The notes beneath the pieces were generated by a model. It did not search any database. It worked only from the letters and a program-made list of their open reading frames with translations, and had not been told where the DNA came from. A stretch of DNA of 63,917 bases, counting the filler. It is 15 parts of 15 records of this genome, joined end to end, with 100 filler letters (N's around TTAATTAATTAA, not from the genome) between each part and the next. Parts side by side here need not be neighbours in the genome. Positions count along the whole stretch, not along the records: positions 1 to 3,098 come from SRR7504441_15558; positions 3,199 to 8,983 come from SRR7504441_15570; positions 9,084 to 12,806 come from SRR7504441_15581; positions 12,907 to 16,435 come from SRR7504441_15595; 11 more parts are not named here. One strand, given 5' to 3'. Both the position numbers and the translations under genes were made by a program. Each line of letters begins with the position of its first letter. The stretch's first letter is position 1. Positions 1 through 13,727 of this stretch are shown here, piece after piece.

Positions 1-3000
1 CCGATCGGCGACTGGCGGGATGGGCTGGACATGCCGTTCATATTCCTCAGGGACGAGCTCTACTTAAGAGTCCGGATCGGGCAGCTGAGATCAAACGCTG
101 GCGCTGGCGTACCGGACAGCACACTCCGGTTAGAGCAGGATGAGATCAGCTTGGACTGCCAGAACTCGACTAGCTTCCACCGCGAGAGACCATTTCTGGA
201 ATCGGTGGTATTCGTACTTGCCCAAGGAGTCACCAAAGCCTCACTGACAGTGTCAGCCAGAGATGCGGGCGCTGTGCTGGGCTGCGGCAATCAGCTGCTC
301 GAGCTTGGGGCACCGCCGCTGGCTTATGACACTGAGCACCTTTTGCAACTGCCGGTGCCGCCGCTTGGCGTCGTCGACTTGAAGGTGACTGCGATCCTGA
401 GCCACAAAATCTCGCAGTGGGATGGTGGCCAGGAGTTCCTACCTGCCAATCTGCGTGGGCATCCGGCGGCCCAGCACAATGGTGGGACCAACACACACAA
501 CCGCTTCTGCACAGTGGGCTGCCATGACCCCCGCCGGTGTGCGTCCGCCCATTGGAGCCCTGCGCGTCCTCTGGCGCTGCAGGCTTACGACGGACTGCAG
601 CCTTGCACAGCAAGTGAGTGGGCTGTCCCCGGAAGTGTCGGCGACTGCAACGGCGAGCTCGAACCGCCACCTTGCCGGGCGGTGACCGCGATATATGGCG
701 TGGGGACAAGGACTCCCCGGGCACTATTCTTGCGGCACCGCAGGGTGGTACACCGAGGCGGCACGAACGACAAGATCGAGTCTGCGTTTGTCATGGACAC
801 CGACGGGGACGTGAACGGCCTGCTGGTTGCGAACGGTGTTGGGTATGAAGAGCGGCGCGTGGTTCAGGCTGATCCTGGTTCCGGCAATCCAGTCTCCACA
901 AGTGGCGACGGTCAGTTAGCCCAACAGGCTTGTCCACATTGACTTGCATCCCAGGCACAGTCAGCTACCAATCATTGCGGTGGCCCGTAACATGGCAAGG
1001 AGCGTGCGACGTTAAGGTCGACCTTCTGCATACGTGTGTAGGGCAGCTGACCAGGCGTTAGGTATTTGAACTGGATGGATGTGACCATCGTGGTGTCTCA
1101 ACTGATCGACGGATGCTCAATGTGCTGAAGACTGTGCTCGGTGTTGAGCATAAAGCTGAAGGAGCCGATAGCGGCCAGTGTCAGCGTCCGAGTCGAATGA
1201 AGCGAGCTTTGGCTTGGCTTGCTGATCGACAACTTTGCGCCCTAGTTGGAAAGGCTGGGTTCCAATCTCTCAGCGTTCGCTACAGGGTCTGGTTCAAATG
1301 GCCAGTGCGCGTATTTGTGCTCCTCAGCTTGCTAATCTGCGTGTTTCAAATCGTGTATGGTGTAAGCATGAGCTACGCATTCATCGAAGCATGCCATTGG
1401 GGTGGAGCAGGTTTTAATGTGAGCCATACTGGGTCCTGAGCCCGCGGTTGATGATCGTGTGTTTTTGGCAGATGCCAAGCAAGATAGACGCGCTGCACGA
1501 GGCCGGACGAAATCGCTCATTCCACCTGCATCAAGCATCGATCGAGATTAATTTTGGGATACTTACTTACACACATCTCGGCGAGTATGACTACTCCTCC
1601 GATGTCGTGGCACCTGCTCAACTCACAACGTTCAGTGGCACTGGTTGCAGGGGAGCGCCACATCAAGCGTACGACATTCTGGCCTCGGAACGCTTTACTT
1701 TACAGATCTTTTGGAATTTTTACCATCTCGCAGCTCGAGTCAATTGTGCAGTTTATGACACGACGATGCTCGCATTGTATGACAGGAAGCGCACGAAGAG
1801 TGGCTTTGCTGTTGCCGATCCTGCGTTATTCGTCGCAGTTGGAATAGGCCCTGGGGAGTGCATTGATGCTGACTTAGGCCGGCCTTGGGGCATCGCAAGC
1901 TTCACGCTGACATGTGGGAAACTCCAGCCAGCTTCTCCTCTCTACCCGGTAATTAACTGGTATCGCCGTAAACAGCAGCCAGCTCCTCCTGCCTACCCGG
2001 TAATTGACCCGGTGATTACCTCGCCCGGTCAGGGCGACCAGCCACGCATGGAGCATTGGTTCGGGCATAGCCGCTCTCACTCGCAGATTCCCGCACACAA
2101 CCACTTGTCTCGCAACAAGAAAGACTATGGACTTGTTCCGCTGCGAAACACTGGCACGTTCTACGTACGCCTCGACGCCTCGACAGGAAGCTGCACCGCA
2201 GTGACATGCGGGGCAGGCACCGTTCGCATACAAAATTTTGACGCCTCATCAACACTACTGGTGCCAGGGTCACATGGAGCTGGCAGCTATCGTTGTGGTG
2301 GCACGTTAATATCAGATGACACCTATTCCATCCAGTCGACTGTAAGTGAGAATTTTATTCATGAGAGGACGTTTGACGTCGGATTGCATGTGGTGGCACG
2401 GGTGAGTTGCTACTCCACCAAAGCGATGATTGGTAGATTTGTGTTGGTTTCAAACACCAGAGCTAAGTGCGTTACTTCATACAAGAAGTGCTTAGAGGTT
2501 GGCCGAGATGGACTGAAAGATTGGGATGTGATTACGCCTCATTGTACGAAGGGCCTTGAGTACGACATGTGCGACTTCTGTTACCAAGCGGGCATCAAAA
2601 CCTACGTCGTCCTAGCTGTAACGATCTTGATACAGGTTCCCACAATTTGGATCAGTATTAGAAGAACCAATGCCTTCAGAGACACTCGTCTGTACAAATT
2701 CATGTCAGTTCCCATTTGCTGTCTTGCGATTGCCGGACCGTTGTATTCAGCCTTAACCTGGAAGACCGCATGCCTAGACCCGATGGTGAAAGATGTCGAG
2801 GATGCGGTACTCACACATGTTGGCCCCGGCTATCGTAATCTCGGTGAAGTATACACACATCAGTATGCGTGGTCATGGAGTACCCTGATTGCCTCTGGTC
2901 TCACATTTTTGGTTGCATGTGTTGGCCTCATGACACCAGTCCCAGACATTTACCAACAATGTTGTCTGAGACAAACATATCCTATATTGACCTCAAACAC

Positions 3001-3013
3001 GATGCCGGCTTAG
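1..3013 (+). CDS. 5'-truncated LCAT/PDAT-like acyltransferase C-terminal region, apparently fused to a claudin/amastin-like 4-TM module with a large Cys-containing extracellular loop
   Basis: LCAT-type motifs IYGVGTRTP, SGDG|TVSYQSL and CDHRGV. Removing GT-AG introns 911-954, 1017-1061 and 1419-1471 joins ORFs 31-942, 1113-1439 and 1448-3013 in frame with no stop. One TM segment near 1300-1380 and three near the C-terminus. Confidence 0.6.
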
Positions 3014-3098
3014 CACTATCAGCCTCTTATCATGAGAGAGAGATTACATGATTGTATTAAACGTCGAGGGCATTAGCTGCCCTATAGCTGCCCCACAT

Positions 3099-3198
3099 NN
3101 NNNNNNNNNNNNNNNNNNNNNNNNNNNNNNNNNNNNNNNNNNTTAATTAATTAANNNNNNNNNNNNNNNNNNNNNNNNNNNNNNNNNNNNNNNNNNNN
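3099..3198. other. Artificial contig spacer (N44-TTAATTAATTAA-N44, stops in all six frames)
   Basis: Identical 100-nt spacers also at 8984, 12807, 16436, 24775, 28878, 32121, 36518, 40018, 46233, 49940, 53507, 56612 and 59939. Confidence 0.99.
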
Positions 3199-3531
3199 GG
3201 TCGCTTGGGTCAACTATGGGTCAACGAAGACACAATGAAGGCATTGACTACAATTCATGTACTGTACGTATATATCAGTGTATGATAGAGCTTTCAGAGT
3301 CTACGCACTTGTGCCGACAAGTCATAGACAAGTAGGAGTATCGCTATTGGCCGCGGCATTGTACAACATAATGACAAGCAAATCGATTAGTAAATAACGG
3401 ATTGATCAGTGTTAACGTTCTTGATGATTGTTAACGTTCAAGTAATTAATGACAAGATTAGTTATGATTATCATACTGTATCCATCAAGTAATCAAATTA
3501 CAGGTACAACCATGACACAGTAGTGCTCGAT

Positions 3532-5357
3532 TCAAATGCTGAACGCAAAGGCAGTTGCGTCGCCTGGGATCTCAAACTCCAAACTCACCTACACAGCTCA
3601 GGTGAGTCTTTCAACGCCTGCAGCCACGCACCGCGCCGTTGAGCATGTCCACACTCGAGCTGCCCTTCCAAGTCACAACAAAGTCCGTGACCTGAACCCA
3701 CTCAGCTGAGCCATTCCGCCGCCCACCTTGCCCTTGATTGGATCGCAGGTGGCGGTGGTGCGCTTGGAATCGCCCACCAGCCCAACTCGAACGCCTGAGG
3801 CTCCTCCGTCCACCGATACTCGCAGCTCGTTTCCAGTCACACGCACCGGAGCTGTCATGACAGTCCCGCCTTGGTACCCGGCCCAGTGATCCCTGGGCAG
3901 GGTGGCCATCCCCAGAGCGCACCCACGGCTGCCAAAGAACGGGCCGTTGCAGCCTGCGTAGTACAGCCGGAGTGTGTCGTTGACCATCGTCCTGAGTGGG
4001 TCCTGCTTTGCACCAAAAACTCCACAAGTGTCGAACTGGCCTGTGGCGCCGAGAGGGACGAAAGACTGGTCAGGCACCAGCCATTTCCAGCGGCGGCCGT
4101 CTGCAGACCAGCCGAGCACCATGTTTACCTACAGTAAGAAGCCCTCTTACAGCCAGCAGGGGGCAGGGTCGTGACCTGGCCCACGACAGCACCCGACTTG
4201 GCGACTGCATCGGTCGGGTTGAACACATTCCCAATACCGAGGTAGATCCCCTCATACGGCCACACGACCAGGCCGTCGGGCTGGTAATCGGCCGAGCTGT
4301 TGAGCCCTGTCGGAGCAGCCGGTGACCAGTCGCCCATGAACTGGTCAGTGAGCGAGTGAGTGAAGGACTGGACCCGCAGCCCGCCCTCGGTCGGGGTCGA
4401 GCGCACATACCTGCCAATCATGAGCATACAGCTGCTGTCCAGTACTATGTGTTATGCTACGTGTATACTTACATGATCCACTGGCTTCGCTCAGCGTCCC
4501 ACACCACGTTCTGCAGCTCAGTTGATCAGCCGCAAACATGCCCTCGTGTCGCACCTTGGGTGTATCCCATCGAGCGTGAGTCTGCTCGGCCAGATTCTTC
4601 TCGACGTCCCAGTGGACCCCATCCGCACTAACAGCAATGGCTCCAGCGCCGTTAGAGCCGGTGGAGATTTTGTATCTTTCGGAGCTGTTGGAGGTCGCCT
4701 CATCGAGGAAGATTCCGGTGGTCATCCCGCCGTCCCCGCCGTCGCCGCTGTAACGGATCAAGTTGTTGTCTTTGCTGCCCTTCCAGGTCTGCAGCCCGAG
4801 GCTCGGCTTGATCCAATTTATGCCGTCGTCAGATTCGGCATAAAGGAAGCCAGACCCACGGGAGCCTGCCTGATATCAGCGCCGTGCCTAGCCGCGTGGC
4901 TCACCTCCGTGCTGGTTGGTGCTGCCGCATTTCTGCGGAGCGTTGTTGCAGAACGGCACCTCCGCCTTGGGCTTAGCGCAAGTGGTGAATGCAGAGTACC
5001 AAGCTCGCCACCTGCCGGCCCCGGTCAAGCCCGCAGAGCCCGATCCAGCGGCACTTTTTGCGGCCGGGCTGCTCAACTGGGTCGTACCAGACGTTGGGTT
5101 GCATATTGTCGAACCGCATCTCGTATTCGCTGCCGCCCGCTCGGGCCCGCCCGGCCGGGAGGGCACCGCTCCTCGGTGATCATCGGGCCGCCCGGGTGCT
5201 TAGTCACCCGCCCCAGCACCTGCCGGGCCGCGCCAGCGTCCACCAGGTTCCGGTCGTCCAGCAGAAGGAACTTGGGCGGGGTCCCGGCCGCCGCCGCGTG
5301 GCCAGCAGCGAGAGCCAGCAGAGGAGCCAGCCAGCAGAGGAGCATTGCCGAGGACAT
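3532..5357 (-). CDS. Secreted beta-propeller glycoside hydrolase-like protein (GH32/43/130-like fold), 8 introns
   Basis: Signal peptide MSSAMLLCWLAPLLALAAG. Blade motifs YAESDDGINWIKP, AVSADGVHW, WSADGRRW, LRLYYAG. Eight GT-AG micro-introns restore one frame ending ...AFAFSI-TGA. Confidence 0.7.
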
Positions 5358-5453
5358 TTCGGCAGTTTGTGGCTCTCAAGAGCTGCTCAGCTTGCCGTTA
5401 GAGCGGCCATAAATACAGTGCCCTGGCCGTGGCGCCAGCACACGTCGTGTGGA

Positions 5454-6702
5454 ATGGGTAAGAAGTACCGGGTGCCCCGGCTGCTGACACAAGCCCGGAA
5501 CACCGCGTTCGAGGAGCGCCGGACTGAGGCCCGGCGAAGGGCCGACGTCGAGGCGGCCGCGCTGAAGCAGAGCAATGAGGTGCCGCTCGAGATGGTGCGG
5601 ATGGCGCTGCAGGGGGTCCGGAATGGGCTGCAGGTTTCGACCATGTTCAAGCAGCGGATGCAATCGATCATGATGCAGGTGGTCTGCGCTGCGGGCGGCG
5701 TGCTGAGCTTCTGGGCCAGGACCGGCACCGGCTGCGGGTGGTGTTTGAGCAGTTCGACACTGACAGGACTGGCGACCTCAACCCAGACCAGTTTCAGGCA
5801 GAGAGTTGGCTCGAGCTAGGCTGAGCCGCGTGTCGCAGAGTGCGCTGCGCGAGCTGCTCGGCAACGAAGTTCCTGTCGATGCTGCCTTCGCCAGCACGAT
5901 GATGCGGCGCTTCTCGTCCGTGCCGGGTGCCTCTTGGCCAGAGTCAGCCAGCCTTAATGGGGGGCAGGGCGGATCAATTTCGGGGATTTCATCAAGAACT
6001 TTCTAGGACTGCCAGCGGTCCGTGCATGGGCTGGCTCTACGTACTGACACGTGACGGCAGGACTTTTTCTCGATGAAACTGGTTGAAAACAATGCAGAGG
6101 CTGCAAATGCAGCAGCGATGCGCGGCGGTTCGCCAGAGGCTAAAATATGTGGATTTGCTCGAGGCACGCCGATGGAGAGGGTTGAGAAGACCTTCGTGCA
6201 TCGGATGAGGAAGAGGCTGCTCAACACAAAGGCTGCAATGAATATCGCACTGCACCGACCAGGTGAGCAGTCAACCCATCTAAATAGGCACGATCTGTGG
6301 TACCTGCTGCGCCAGCAGGGGTCGATGGCCACAGAGAAGGACCTAGATGAGATTATGCTTCATTTAGACCAGAACTGCGATGGAAAGCTGCATTATGAGC
6401 AGCTGGCAAACGAGCTGCTGGGGCTTCCGCCACCGCCTGAAGTAAAGCACATTAAACCTTGGAAGCAGAAGCGGCCGGGGAACGGGCTGACGCTGGGCGG
6501 ACCAGAGTACCATCACATTTTCTTGATGGAGGGCGACGATGTCGAGCCAGAATACGAGGAAGCCTGGACAGGTGTCTGCCCGCCGGGCTCGGGAGTGCAT
6601 GATGCTCTTAATGGCTCTTTTGTGGTCCCAAATTCAGATTGCTGCCATCTGCAGCTTGGTGTTCGTTGGTGTTGGCTGGCATCCAAGATTTGCTACAACT
6701 GA
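5454..6702 (+). CDS. EF-hand calcium-binding protein (3' end uncertain)
   Basis: EF-hand loops FDTDRTGDLNPDQF and LDQNCDGKLHYEQL in exons linked by short introns. Confidence 0.55.
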
Positions 6703-7150
6703 ATGGTGAGACTCAAGCGAATAGCCCTATGGCCGCACCCTCTGCATGTCCATGCTGCTTCAAAAATGGATATGGGCTAGATATGGGCACTGGTTGCCCG
6801 AAGGCCCGCAGGCCCAGAAATCGGGAAATCTGGAGGTGGGCAACGCGCCGGTGCATACAATCTGCCGATCGCGAGGCGTCACTAACCCGTATTAATAATC
6901 CGTACTGACTCTATTGTAATAACTCAGTAAAGTTTACTCATCGAAAACAACTCGTTTGCTCAGAACCGTACCCCGAGCGGAGCAAGACTTACTGACTTGG
7001 TTGCAGTATACGCAAGTCTGTCATGTACGCAATGAGTTAACCGATTCTAGGATGTCGCAAAACCGAGGTAGACCCCCCAGGATAGAACCTCTAACCTCTC
7101 GTGTAGCTTAGTGCAGCTCAATAGGCCCGGAATACCTGCAAGCCGCCAGT

Positions 7151-8975
7151 CTAAGCTTGGTGCTGTGGGACTCGCACCTCCACGGAGTGTTTCGAGTCCC
7201 ATTCATGATACTTGTACAAGGCTTTAATCCTCGCCTTGAGCGCCGATGGAATCTTGTACCATTGCTTAAATGTCTTAATCGAATTGCAACAAACCTCCAG
7301 CCTGCACAGGCCAATCTTCAATATCTCACGTGCGCCCGCGGTACACCTGTCGGCCACCGAGAAGGCGCTGATTTGCTCTCTTGTGAAGCCAAACTCGGCG
7401 GTCGGCACGTCCGCGGCACGGAACACCCAGGCAATGCTCGACCTGGGCTGGGCTGTGGAGGCCGGGTGCATCGAGGAGCCCCAATGGATCACATTCCCGA
7501 GCCAGCCCATCACACCGCCCGCTGCGGACGGCAGCGGCCGGCAGCCGTCGATAGGGAAATGGACGCACTGATGACCGCCGAACGAGCCGGATTTGATCAC
7601 TTGCTGATGCATGAACGACTGGTCCGAGTTGAAAAGAGCGTCAAACTGCTTTGGAACCACGTACATGCACCCGTTATCCACAGTCGCCTCGGTCACTGGT
7701 ACCCACACTGTCAGCGCAGTCGGCGAGCCATCCGAACGGAAGGTCTGGGTGAACGTGTAATCCCTGTGCGGCACCTGACCCAGCGCGCTAGCCCAGCAGC
7801 AGCCGGGTCCTAACCCCAAAGTTTCTGCCGACGTATTTCCCGTTTGTTGCCTCTGGACGCTCCAACTGATAAGCAGCCACAGTCGGCTCAAGCACCTGTC
7901 AGACCGGTCAGCGAACGGGCCGGTCTGGGCGCACCACGGGGCAGCCGAGCATCCGCTCGGCTTCGTCCCAGAGACCCAATACAGTGTTCCACGCCTGCTA
8001 TCTGGCTTAGCTGCACACGCGATGCCCTGCAAGGACCTGATCGTACATCCATACGAACCCCGCCGGCCAGCCCGCCGCGTGCACGGCTCGCATGGACGCT
8101 CGAACTAACTCGGCATGCCCCACCAGCGGCTCGGCCCGAAGGAAGAATCCGGTGGATTCAATCTGCCCCTGAGTCACAGCACGCATCCGACCAGCCAGAT
8201 ACCTGCTCCTTAGCGTCACCCAGCTCGACCAGCGCCAGCGACGTCCCTCTGCACATGTCTGTGACCCTACCCAACCGCCCGACCCACCGCGTGACGGCCG
8301 CCCCGCTTGCAAGCCCCTCCCAATATTCGGCGGTCGACACCTCCTCCGGCTGGACCTCGGGCACCTGCCCGGCCTCCCCCCTCCGGCTGCTGCTGGGAGC
8401 ACCACCGCCGCAGCAGGCTGGGCAGCTGCCGGCTGCTCCGGGGCCTCCTCGGGCTCCGGCTCCGGCTGGCGGGCTTGTACCTGCCGGCTGGTTCCGCGGG
8501 CCGCCGCAAGGGTACGGCCACCTTACGTCGGCGCTCCTCCAGAAGCGCGCGTGCGCGGGCCACCGCCTCGGGCCCGGCCTCGCCCAGTAGCGGCAGCACC
8601 GTGTCCAGGACCTGCAAACCGGTCGGCTCCCCGCTGAGGTCCCACGGCTGCCTCCAGCTCGTCCTTGTCCAGGACGGCGGCGGACCGGCGAGCAGCCTCG
8701 TCGGCGATCTCTTCTTGCATCTTGGTGATCCGGTCCTGACAGGCGGTCAGCCAACAGAAGCGGTGTGCCCCGCGCCTTGAGCTTTTTCATCTTATCCTCC
8801 TCCAGATCGGCAGTCTCGAGCACCATCGCGGCCTTGACCACCTTACCTGCCGCTCGTACCCGGCCTCCAAGCGATTGGCGCACCTCGCGCTTGTTCTGCC
8901 GGAGCACCTACCCCGCCGGCTCGGCCCCTGACCCGCTGGCTTTCGGACCTCTTCGCGCGCTTCTGCTTCAGCCAT
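7151..8975 (-). CDS. PhyH-family Fe(II)/2-oxoglutarate dioxygenase with charged helical N-terminal extension
   Basis: PHRDY (HxD), LTVWVPVTEATVDNGCMYVVP and distal IHWGS. Multiple micro-introns including GC-AG 8736-8775. Confidence 0.8.
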
Positions 8976-9083
8976 CTTCGGAGNNNNNNNNNNNNNNNNN
9001 NNNNNNNNNNNNNNNNNNNNNNNNNNNTTAATTAATTAANNNNNNNNNNNNNNNNNNNNNNNNNNNNNNNNNNNNNNNNNNNN

Positions 9084-10110
9084 AAATTAGCAGAGTGAGC
9101 AAGAGCAGAAGCAGGAGCGCTGGACGCAGCAGCAGGATCGGATGAACGCGGTGGAACAACGGTACGAAGCTCGCCTCGAGGAGGTGAGACGCGGGCGGAT
9201 CCGAGGGCTTCAACGACTGTGGGTTGTCTTGTTGCCACTTGGCGCCAGTGCAGGTCTGGGCCTTAAGAAGATGTTGGTCGCGCGAGCTAACAGGGATTCT
9301 ACCCGACGGAGCGTCAAGGCAGCGATTATGATCCAAAGGATGTTACAAGTCAAAGTGTTAGGGCCAAGACGGCGGCGGCGGCTCAGAAACGGGCTGATAA
9401 AGCTATACTATCTATTGAGAAGGCACATTAGACGTTTCAGGAAACGGCGGGCAGCTGCAGCGACAGTGGTAGTAATGTCTTTCTTGCACACGGAACTTCA
9501 ATCTTCGGCACCTGCCCGAGCAGTCAAGAGGTATATGTACCATGTCAGGAATATTCAGCGGTTTTGGAGGAAATGGATGCAGTGGGGACGTAGTGTAGTC
9601 GATAGGCGATTGGAGGATTTCCTGAAGGCAGAGGCAGCAGATATCAGAGAGTGGCACCGGCAGGAGGAAGCGGCCACAAAGAAGCTGCTAAAAGGCAAGC
9701 GAATCTCGTTTGATGTGACGCGAGTCCCGAAGCCAGTGGATCCAGAGTTTAGAGCAAAAGCAGTATATAATAGCTTCCGTGAATCGCGCAGAGTTGTGGA
9801 GCAGAAGATGTTAAAGTTTAAGGAAGATTGGCAAGTCTTCTGGGATGACCTCAAGCGGCAGCATGACATGAAGAAGGCAATTGAGATGCTCGACGCCGAT
9901 AAGGATAAACACTTAGGCGAGGTTCGGCCTGAGCCGCTCAGGCCAGAGCTCCCCGTGCACATTAGGTTTGCACGCCCTACTTCACCTCCAGCTCCACATC
10001 ACGCGTCTGAAGTGCTCAAGGAAGCACGGCGGCTTGCCGCCGAGGCTGGGAAGCCCCATGATGTCCGAGAGAAGAAAAAGAAAAAAGAGGGAACTAGAAA
10101 TCGCAACTGA
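9084..10110 (+). CDS. 5'-truncated basic helical protein with IQ-like motifs
   Basis: Open from the contig edge. IQ-like AAIMIQRML and VRNIQRFWRKW; Lys-rich tail. Confidence 0.55.
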
Positions 10111-10422
10111 TTTATATATATATATAGTTAAACATGGCTGTCTGGGTGTCTTACCTCTTGCGAAACCGTGAGCCGCAATATGTATCAATACATATCAATT
10201 CAATAGCCATTCATTAATTATGCACCCGGCCGCAATAGCACCCGCGGCCACCGCCGTGAACGGTCCCGTGACGGACCACATCACTGAGCGCTTACCTGCG
10301 CTCTCGCTCATTGGATACTCGTAAGTATGTGCCTTTATTTTTGCGGCGCGTCACTGGACATCTCATAATCTTATATCATTATGCGACGATCGGACTTTAA
10401 ATGTCGTCGTGGATTCCAGAGT

Positions 10423-12355
10423 CTACCATCGACCTTTGAAAGCATTGATTGGCCTGTGCAAGCTAGCTCAGGGGGCAGCTTGTTTAGATCTCACTTGAGT
10501 GTGACACTGGAGTGATTCATAGCACCGCCCAAGCGAGTTCCAACACTTTGGGTCGTTGGGGCGTAGTTCAGTGGCCTTGGTGTAGTAGTGCAAGGCGTAC
10601 AAGGGCATCTTGAGGTCCTCATAAGAGACCCCAAGCCCGTGCCATGCTCGATACCTGCCCAAGCGCTGAGTAGTGCCCAGTTGAGCAGCGGCACTCATGC
10701 GGATTGAGCTCTACTGCCTTGTGATAGCATCTACCGCCATGGCTTGACCACGACTAGCGGGCCGTCATACCTGATTGCTGCCGGAACGTTCTTCATCTCG
10801 CAATACTCGTGGCCCTGCCAGCATGTCAGCTTGAGCCCAAAGCCGAGCACCATCAGAGTCCAGGCGCACACAAACCCAGGATCCAGAAACAATGCCTGCT
10901 TGAAGTACAGTACAGCTTTCTCGTGCTCATTCTGCGGCAGCGCGTCAAGCCCCAAAGCGCTGCCGGCAGCCGCCACCTTGAGTGAGTAGTAGTTGGCTAT
11001 TACAGCACAACTCTCCGGTCTATGGGGGTCGCTCTTGACGGCGTGCATGGCCAGTTGGCTGGGCAAAGCAGTTAGTGGCAGTGCAGCAGCACTGGACTGG
11101 CACCTCAGCGAGCTGGCATCGTTGTTGTTGTGCAGAATATTGGAGTACACCTGCGCCATCGGCTCTCAGCTGGATCGGAGGCGGCAGCTGCCTCCAAGTC
11201 CTCGAGCCTGTGTGGCTGCTCCTGTGTCAAGGTTTCAAAGATCTCCTCTGAATCAAAGAAACCTGGCACATCATGCTCAGCCCACTCGCCGGCCATTCGG
11301 GCACTCTGGGTATTGTACTTGCCCACTGCGAGTTGAGCATCGATCGTGGCCGAGCTTGGAAGCAATTGTTTAAGCAGCTCAAAACTTTCTATCGACTCCG
11401 AGGGTTGCTGCCCGCCCATCAACACAGCGCTGGGCACCAGTCACCTGCAGGTCCAGCCACACGTACGCATGAAAGAACAGGGACATCCAGTGCGCCGGCA
11501 GCCCAAGCGACTGAAGCTGCCGACTGGTCAGCCGGTTGACGAGCCGATAGCTACCGAGGCTGCGTCCGGGCAAAGCACCGCAAGGTCACTCCAGGCCGAC
11601 CAATTGCACGGATATAGCGTCACGGAGCGGACCAGCGCCTGGGTCCGGTCGGGCGGCGCCCCCAGTGAGCCGGACCTCGCGTGCGGCACTCGCCAGGTCG
11701 ACAGCCTTGAGCACAACAGCGTACCTGCTCGGGCTCAGGCGCAGCCCTGCCCCTCGCGGGCACAAGTAGACAAGGAACCCGTCGGCGGCACCGGCGGACG
11801 GCCCAGCAAGCTTCTCCAGCTCCACCCGAAGCTCCTGCAGGTACGGGTTTGCCGGACCGGGCTTCTGGCCTGACGCGCGGTGAGCCCTGGCTGGGCAAGC
11901 AGCGGCTCACTCGAGCCGTTGTCCGCCTTGAACTTCTCCCCGGCCTGACCCGACCCGGCTCGCGAGGCCAGCCGCTGCTTGGGGCTTGCCAGGAACTTGG
12001 CGTAGTTGTGGATGAATTGCCCCCGGGCCGAAGTGGCCTGGCGCACCACGTGCGAGGCTCTCAGGAACTCCTTCTGTTCCATGTACCCCCGCGCCAGCTC
12101 CAGCTGCCCCCCACTCCGCCCGTCCGCGGGCCATGCCAGATACCTCGTCGTCCTCCGGTGAGTAATGCACCAGCACCTCCCCAGCCGAGGGTCCGCCCGC
12201 CGGCAAGCCGCATAACTGCTCGGCAGCCCTGGGCAGCCCGCTCAGCCGCCATCGGACTGGGCCAGGGGGCACCAGCGGGCAGCCACCAGCAGGCCGCGCT
12301 CGGTGCAGTCGCGCACCGCCGCCCGGAGCTCAGGACCGCTCGGGCCAGCCGACAT
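10423..12355 (-). CDS. CDC23: Anaphase-promoting complex subunit 8 (Cdc23), intron-rich, C-terminus apparently short
   Basis: Spliced [88 protein letters not shown], which are characteristic APC8 N-terminal and TPR motifs. Confidence 0.92.
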
Positions 12356-13727
12356 GATGTGTGGCTCCGGTGCGTTTGAGCGGCCCGGGTTTGATTCCTG
12401 CACGTTGTTGTTGTTGCTGGATGTCCTGGTCAGTGGTGTGCTGACCCGATCAAGCGATCAAACTTGCTGCATGTACCCAAAACTCGAGAAGTTCTTTTCT
12501 CTTATTCTGAACATTATGCCCGCCCGCAGCAGTGCGGCTTCACTACCTTGCCTTGCCTTGGCCATGGACGATGCTCAGGCGGCGATCGCTGGGGCATGGG
12601 CTACTCAGATATCCGATGGGCATCATCACGTCTCCGCATCCCCCCTTGTTTCATCGATGCCCTTCGTGGTTCCTCCAAGGTAGGCAATATACATGCCATC
12701 TGGAATAGCTTCGTCCTCACTCAAATTTGGTCTATAGTCGAGCATTCGCCTTGCAACATGTAAAAAGGCAGGTCTAGCTAGGCTTAATTAACACTTGTCT
12801 CGGCAGNNNNNNNNNNNNNNNNNNNNNNNNNNNNNNNNNNNNNNNNNNNNTTAATTAATTAANNNNNNNNNNNNNNNNNNNNNNNNNNNNNNNNNNNNNN
12901 NNNNNNCCCACCTCCCTTGGCGCCTAGAGCATCATTGTTGGCCTAGACTCTTGTACACTCTCGAGCCAATCAATCAAGGCTCGTGTCAATGTGATGGCTA
13001 CAGCCACCGGCCCAGCCTGCTCGGCATAGCCACCTGCGCCAACCGCCGGCACTGTCCCGAAGCAGACCAGCACGTCCAGAAGCAGTTCCACTGGGGCCCA
13101 CTGTGCACTCGCTGGCGCAGCTCGATGGCGCAGCCCGTCCCACGCACCTTAACCTGGCCGCTCGGTACCTGGACCGAACGGGGCATTCAAGCAGCGTCAC
13201 CTTTCTGCCCGTGGCCGGTCATCGGGCTGGCGAACCTGGCACAGCAGCTTGCTGCTCCAGCGCCAGCCGGCCGGTCCGCGCGAAGCGCGGGAAGCGGTTC
13301 GAACATTTGAACCCGCCGGGGCGATTTCGGCCCTCTCCGCGCCGCTCCGACTTATGTGATATGTTGTCAGTGAACATGCTATTCAGGTTGACAGCAAAGT
13401 ACGTGTCGTAATGGGGGATGTGACGCAACTAGCCGAGGTTGAGCCAGGCATTCGATGGCCCTGAGAAGTTGAGCAGGTTCTGAAGGGAGAAGCACAATTT
13501 GACATGATATTAGCTAATCCACCGTATGAGCCTGAGAATCCTCCTGAATATGACCCGCTGAACCTCGCTTCTGGCGGTGGCCAGAGCGGAGAAGATGTCA
13601 CCTCAGTCATCGTAAGACCCTATAGAGCTTAGCCAAGCCGCTTGTGATGTGAAAGGAAACCTAGGTGTCTGCATCTGCTCGGCTTCTGACCAACCACGGC
13701 AGTATGCACATGATCACATTGCACAGA

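Noticed and set aside
6480-6910. Possible second gene (small TM protein) fused to the EF-hand gene 3' end
   Set aside because: Could not build a consistent exon structure or identify the family with confidence.
12360-13640. Short ORFs flanking the 12807 spacer
   Set aside because: No recognisable motifs and ambiguous splicing; left unannotated.
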